From Chloroflexota bacterium (GTDB taxonomy: Bacteria > Chloroflexota > UBA11872 > VXOZ01): a stretch of 64,000 nucleotides of DNA. Positions 60,486 through 64,000 of this stretch are shown piece after piece (within the stretch, counting starts at the first letter, position 1; each line of letters starts with the position of its first letter). The translations under genes and the position numbers were made by a program. Below the pieces are notes generated by a model. The model did not search any database, was not told the DNA's origin, and saw nothing but the letters and a program-made list of their open reading frames with translations. The stretch covers positions 3,424,001 through 3,488,000 of the forward strand of contig OZ244922.1 in NCBI GenBank assembly GCA_965221905.1. The letters are read 5' to 3'.

Positions 60486-62951
60486 ATGCGTGTATCACTC
60501 AACTGGCTCGAAGAGTACGTGCCGGTGAAGCTGCCGGCCGAAGAGTTGGCGCATCAATTGACCATGGCTGGGATTGAGGTCGCACAGGTTAATGCAATCG
60601 GTGACTTCTGGCAGAATACCTATGTCGGCAGGATCGTGGACCTCAAGCCGCATCCAAATGCCGATCGCTTGCAGCTTGCCACCGTAGACTACGGGCAGGC
60701 AGAGCAACCCGTGTTCGTGACCGGCGCTATGAACATTGCCAAAGGCGATAGGGTGCCGGTGGCGTTGCTCGGCGCCGTGCTCAACGACGCATACAGCGAT
60801 ACACCCCAGCGCATAGAACTCAAGCCGGTAGTCCTGCGGGGCATCAAGTCCGAGGGCATGGTCTGCTCTGCCAGAGAGCTTGGTATGGGCGAAGACCACG
60901 AAGGCATCCTGATCCTCGACTCCGAAGCGCCGGTAGGCACAACGCTCAAGGACTATCTGGGCGATACGATCCTGGAGCTTGACCTTAAGCCCAACCGGAG
61001 CGACTGTCTCGCCATGATCAACGTGGCGCGGGAAGTAGCTGCGCTCACGGGCGAACGTCTGCGCCAGCCGGCCACCCACCGCATAGATGCGCCAACCCTA
61101 CCCGTGGTGCGCGTGGACATCAAGGAGCCGAAGCTCTGCGCGCGCTATGCCGCAGGCGTCGTGATCGACGTCACTATCGGCCCGTCGCCGCGCTGGATGC
61201 AGGATCGACTCTCGGCGGCGGGCATGCGCCCCATCAATAACATCGTGGACATTACAAACTATGTGATGCTGGAGTATGGGCAGCCGCTTCACGCCTTCGA
61301 CTACGACAAGGTAACGGACGGCAATATCATCGTCCGGCGCGCCCACCTCGGCGAGCGCTTGATTACGCTGGACGGCGAAGAACGCACATTGAGCGCCGGT
61401 ATGCTCGTAATCGCCGATCCCAACGGCCCGATTGCGCTGGCAGGCGTGATGGGCGGCTTGGAGACGGAAGTCACGGAACGGACCACGCGCATCCTGCTGG
61501 AGGCCGCCAGCTTCCACCCGACCTCGATTCGCCGCACGCGGCAAGCGCTCACCTTGCCCAGCGAGGCTTCCCGGCGCTTCGAACAGGGCGTGCCGCCGGA
61601 ACTGGCCCCATTGGCGCGCGACCGCGCCATCGAACTCATCGTGGAAATCGCCGGTGGGCGCGCCCGCAGCCACGCCGCCGATTCTTACGTCCAACCGCAA
61701 CAACGCCCCGAGATCGAGCTTACGGAAGATGACCTTTCGCGGCTGCTCGGCATGGACATTCCAATGACGAAGGCTGCCGAAAAGCTTCGGCCCCTGGGCT
61801 TCACCTATCGCATGCAGAATAGTCGGCTTCAGGTCACCGCGCCCTTGCACAGGCTGGACGTGACCTGTTCCGCCGACCTCGTCGAGGAAGTCGCTCGCAT
61901 GGTGGGCTATGACAACATTCCCACCTCATTGCCTTCCGGTCCCTTGCCCGAGGCCGAACCCTCGCCGCTGCGCGCGTGGACCGACCGTGCAAAGCAGGTG
62001 ATGGTTGGCGCGGGCTTTGCGGAAGCTATCACCTACACGCTGACAAATGTGTCGCGTGTGGGCCGCCTCTTGCCGAAGGGGGTTGCGGCGGAGCTGCCCG
62101 AAGGCCTGGCGCGCGACGTGGCCCAGGCGGTGTTGCCGCTCCACACTGATCCGCTGCACCTCAAGAATCCGCTCACATCCGAGGCGAGCACGCTGCGCAC
62201 CGTAACGCTGGCCGGCATGCTGGAAACGCTCGCCGGCAACCTGCGCCGCCAGACGAGCGACGTGCACTTCTTCGAGATTGCGCCCGTGTTCTTGCCCGTG
62301 CGCGCGAAACTCCCGATTGAACGCCGCCTCCTCACCGCCGTGATGGGAGAATTCCGCACCGAGCAATGGGGCGCGCGCGCAGAAAACACCTTCTATACGG
62401 TCAAGGGTGTGGCAGAACACGTCCTGCACCGGTTCGGCATTGCTGACTACGGCTTTGCGCCGGTGGAGCACCCGACGTTCCACCCCTACCGGACGGCTGC
62501 GGTGACCCTACGCCGCGGCGAGGAAGAGCGCGTGGTGGGAATCGTGGGCGAGATCAACGCCGAGGTGAGCGCCGCGTTCGACATCGACCAGCGGGTGATG
62601 GCCCTGGTGCTCAATCTTCACGATCTGGTGGCTCAGGCCCGCGCCACGCCGGAGTTCGCGCCGCCGTCCCGCCACCCGGCTGTGGTGCAAGACCTGGCGA
62701 TTGTGCTGGATGCCGAGATTCCCGCCGAGCGCGTGGTGGAGGAAGTGCGCGAGGCAGGCGGCGATCTGCTGGAAAGCATCAATCTCTTCGATGTCTACCA
62801 GGGACCGCAAGTCCCCGACGGCAAGCGCAGCCTGGCCTACACCCTCACCTTCCGCGCCCCCGACCGCACCCTCAACGACGCCGAAGTAACCACCATCCGC
62901 AACCGCATCATCGCCAAGCTCCAGGTGTCACTCGAGGCTACACTGAGGTAA
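60486..62951 (+). CDS. pheT: phenylalanine-tRNA ligase beta subunit
   Basis: HPNADRL, SEGMVCS, PNRSDC, NNIVDITNY, DLVEEVAR, LFDVY..KRSLAY. Confidence 0.98.
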   Translation: MRVSLNWLEEYVPVKLPAEELAHQLTMAGIEVAQVNAIGDFWQNTYVGRIVDLKPHPNADRLQLATVDYGQAEQPVFVTGAMNIAKGDRVPVALLGAVLNDAYSDTPQRIELKPVVLRGIKSEGMVCSARELGMGEDHEGILILDSEAPVGTTLKDYLGDTILELDLKPNRSDCLAMINVAREVAALTGERLRQPATHRIDAPTLPVVRVDIKEPKLCARYAAGVVIDVTIGPSPRWMQDRLSAAGMRPINNIVDITNYVMLEYGQPLHAFDYDKVTDGNIIVRRAHLGERLITLDGEERTLSAGMLVIADPNGPIALAGVMGGLETEVTERTTRILLEAASFHPTSIRRTRQALTLPSEASRRFEQGVPPELAPLARDRAIELIVEIAGGRARSHAADSYVQPQQRPEIELTEDDLSRLLGMDIPMTKAAEKLRPLGFTYRMQNSRLQVTAPLHRLDVTCSADLVEEVARMVGYDNIPTSLPSGPLPEAEPSPLRAWTDRAKQVMVGAGFAEAITYTLTNVSRVGRLLPKGVAAELPEGLARDVAQAVLPLHTDPLHLKNPLTSEASTLRTVTLAGMLETLAGNLRRQTSDVHFFEIAPVFLPVRAKLPIERRLLTAVMGEFRTEQWGARAENTFYTVKGVAEHVLHRFGIADYGFAPVEHPTFHPYRTAAVTLRRGEEERVVGIVGEINAEVSAAFDIDQRVMALVLNLHDLVAQARATPEFAPPSRHPAVVQDLAIVLDAEIPAERVVEEVREAGGDLLESINLFDVYQGPQVPDGKRSLAYTLTFRAPDRTLNDAEVTTIRNRIIAKLQVSLEATLR

Positions 62952-63010
62952 ATCGGGGTCGAGAGGGCGCCGGGTTCAAACCCTGATGCGCGTCTTGGCC
63001 GCGGGGGACT

Positions 63011-63664
63011 TCATTTGATGTCCGCGAGTCTCTTTACGCCGTCGCGAAACACTTGGAAGCTCTTGGATTGGTTCCCATTTACGTCCAAATGCGGGGCGAT
63101 TTTGCGGGCCCAATCGCACTTGGCTATTCCGACCTCTGGGTAACCGACTTTCTTAAGACGCTTCGACCCTTTTGGATTGACTGCATCCGACAAGACTTCC
63201 CAAGTACCGCAGATGCTGTCTTGCTTGTAGTCAATAAGGACCAAATCCCTTGCACAGGGATACGCGGCCTTCACAGCGTTGCGGTCTCCTAGCAGCCAGG
63301 CTTCACTCTCCTCAATGGCTATTCTGAAGAATGTCTTTGGCTGAGGATTGCACTCTGCAAGCACGCCAAGCAACTCTTGCTTGAAGGCCCTGCAATCCCG
63401 TTTGTCTAAATCCACTACCACGATAACTGCTGCCAAATCTGGGAGGCTTTTTCCATAGCCCTGCAGTATGCGTGGCAACCGATCCAGCAGGATTCTTTTC
63501 TGCGGATCCGTTGTACCGCGCAAGTCCTTCGGTATTCGGCCTAATCCTCTATAAGAACGTGTCTTCCAAGAATGATGCTTGTAGTTTACGCCAAGAATCT
63601 TCTCCAGAAGTTGCTCAAGGGCGATTTTGCCCGATAAATCCTCGACCAGCACCTCAAAGTGCAT
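63011..63664 (-). CDS. DUF4276-like (TOPRIM-like) protein
   Basis: EVLVED, VVDLD, AIEESEAWLLGD, SKSFQVF. Confidence 0.7.
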   Translation of the reverse strand: MHFEVLVEDLSGKIALEQLLEKILGVNYKHHSWKTRSYRGLGRIPKDLRGTTDPQKRILLDRLPRILQGYGKSLPDLAAVIVVVDLDKRDCRAFKQELLGVLAECNPQPKTFFRIAIEESEAWLLGDRNAVKAAYPCARDLVLIDYKQDSICGTWEVLSDAVNPKGSKRLKKVGYPEVGIAKCDWARKIAPHLDVNGNQSKSFQVFRDGVKRLADIK

Positions 63665-64000
63665 TGGCCTCTGTCCGCTCTAGGTAGTCGCTGTACCAGA
63701 GACCGCCGAGCGGAAGTCCCTCGTCCACCATGGCTTTAACGATTGGGTCGTCACTGGCGCGGCGAATGCTGGCAAAGCCGTCTGCCTCTTTCTCCAGCAG
63801 CCAGGTTTCTTCCGGCTTTAGCGCGTCAACGAAGTAAGGTTGATGGGTGGTGACGAAGATCTGAGAGGAGTTATCTTTCCCCGTGGCGTGACGGCGAAAC
63901 TCAGCAGCTAACACCTCCAGTAGCTTGTGGTAGAGTCCGTTTTCCGGCTCTTCTATGCAAATGAACGGCGGCGGTTCCGGGTCTTCCAACATAAGCAGGT
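63654..64000 (-). CDS. ABC-type (AAA_21-like) ATPase, 3' part
   Basis: CIEEPENGLY, IFVTTHQP, LGGLWYS; runs off the window edge. Confidence 0.85.
   Translation of the reverse strand, partial: LLMLEDPEPPPFICIEEPENGLYHKLLEVLAAEFRRHATGKDNSSQIFVTTHQPYFVDALKPEETWLLEKEADGFASIRRASDDPIVKAMVDEGLPLGGLWYSDYLERTEANAL

Overview
GC-rich bacterial chromosomal window, probably Chloroflexota (inferred from gene style, not verified). It carries housekeeping genes (pnp, dapB, asd, a DivIC-like gene, dut, tilS, pheS, pheT), an acyl-CoA/aromatic catabolic region, two paralogous Tat solute-binding lipoproteins and several lower-GC defence-type cassettes (type II R-M, GHKL-nuclease/Vsr/Dcm, two ABC-type ATPase plus partner pairs). 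The main feature is a compact ~12.7 kb minus-strand virion gene cluster (6909-19564): small terminase-like protein, small membrane protein, large terminase, portal, protease-capsid fusion, adaptor and a minimal tail module. I see no integrase, replication, tape-measure or endolysin genes. It sits head-to-head with a LexA-like repressor plus sigma factor, and host REP repeats fill its intergenic gaps. This fits a domesticated, gene-transfer-agent-like element. Three of its largest genes each carry one single-nucleotide lesion. Non-coding points of interest: a REP inserted in-frame in fadN, MITEs that target REPs, a long stem upstream of pnp and an attenuator-like pheST leader. All calls come from reading motifs by eye; no database search was run.
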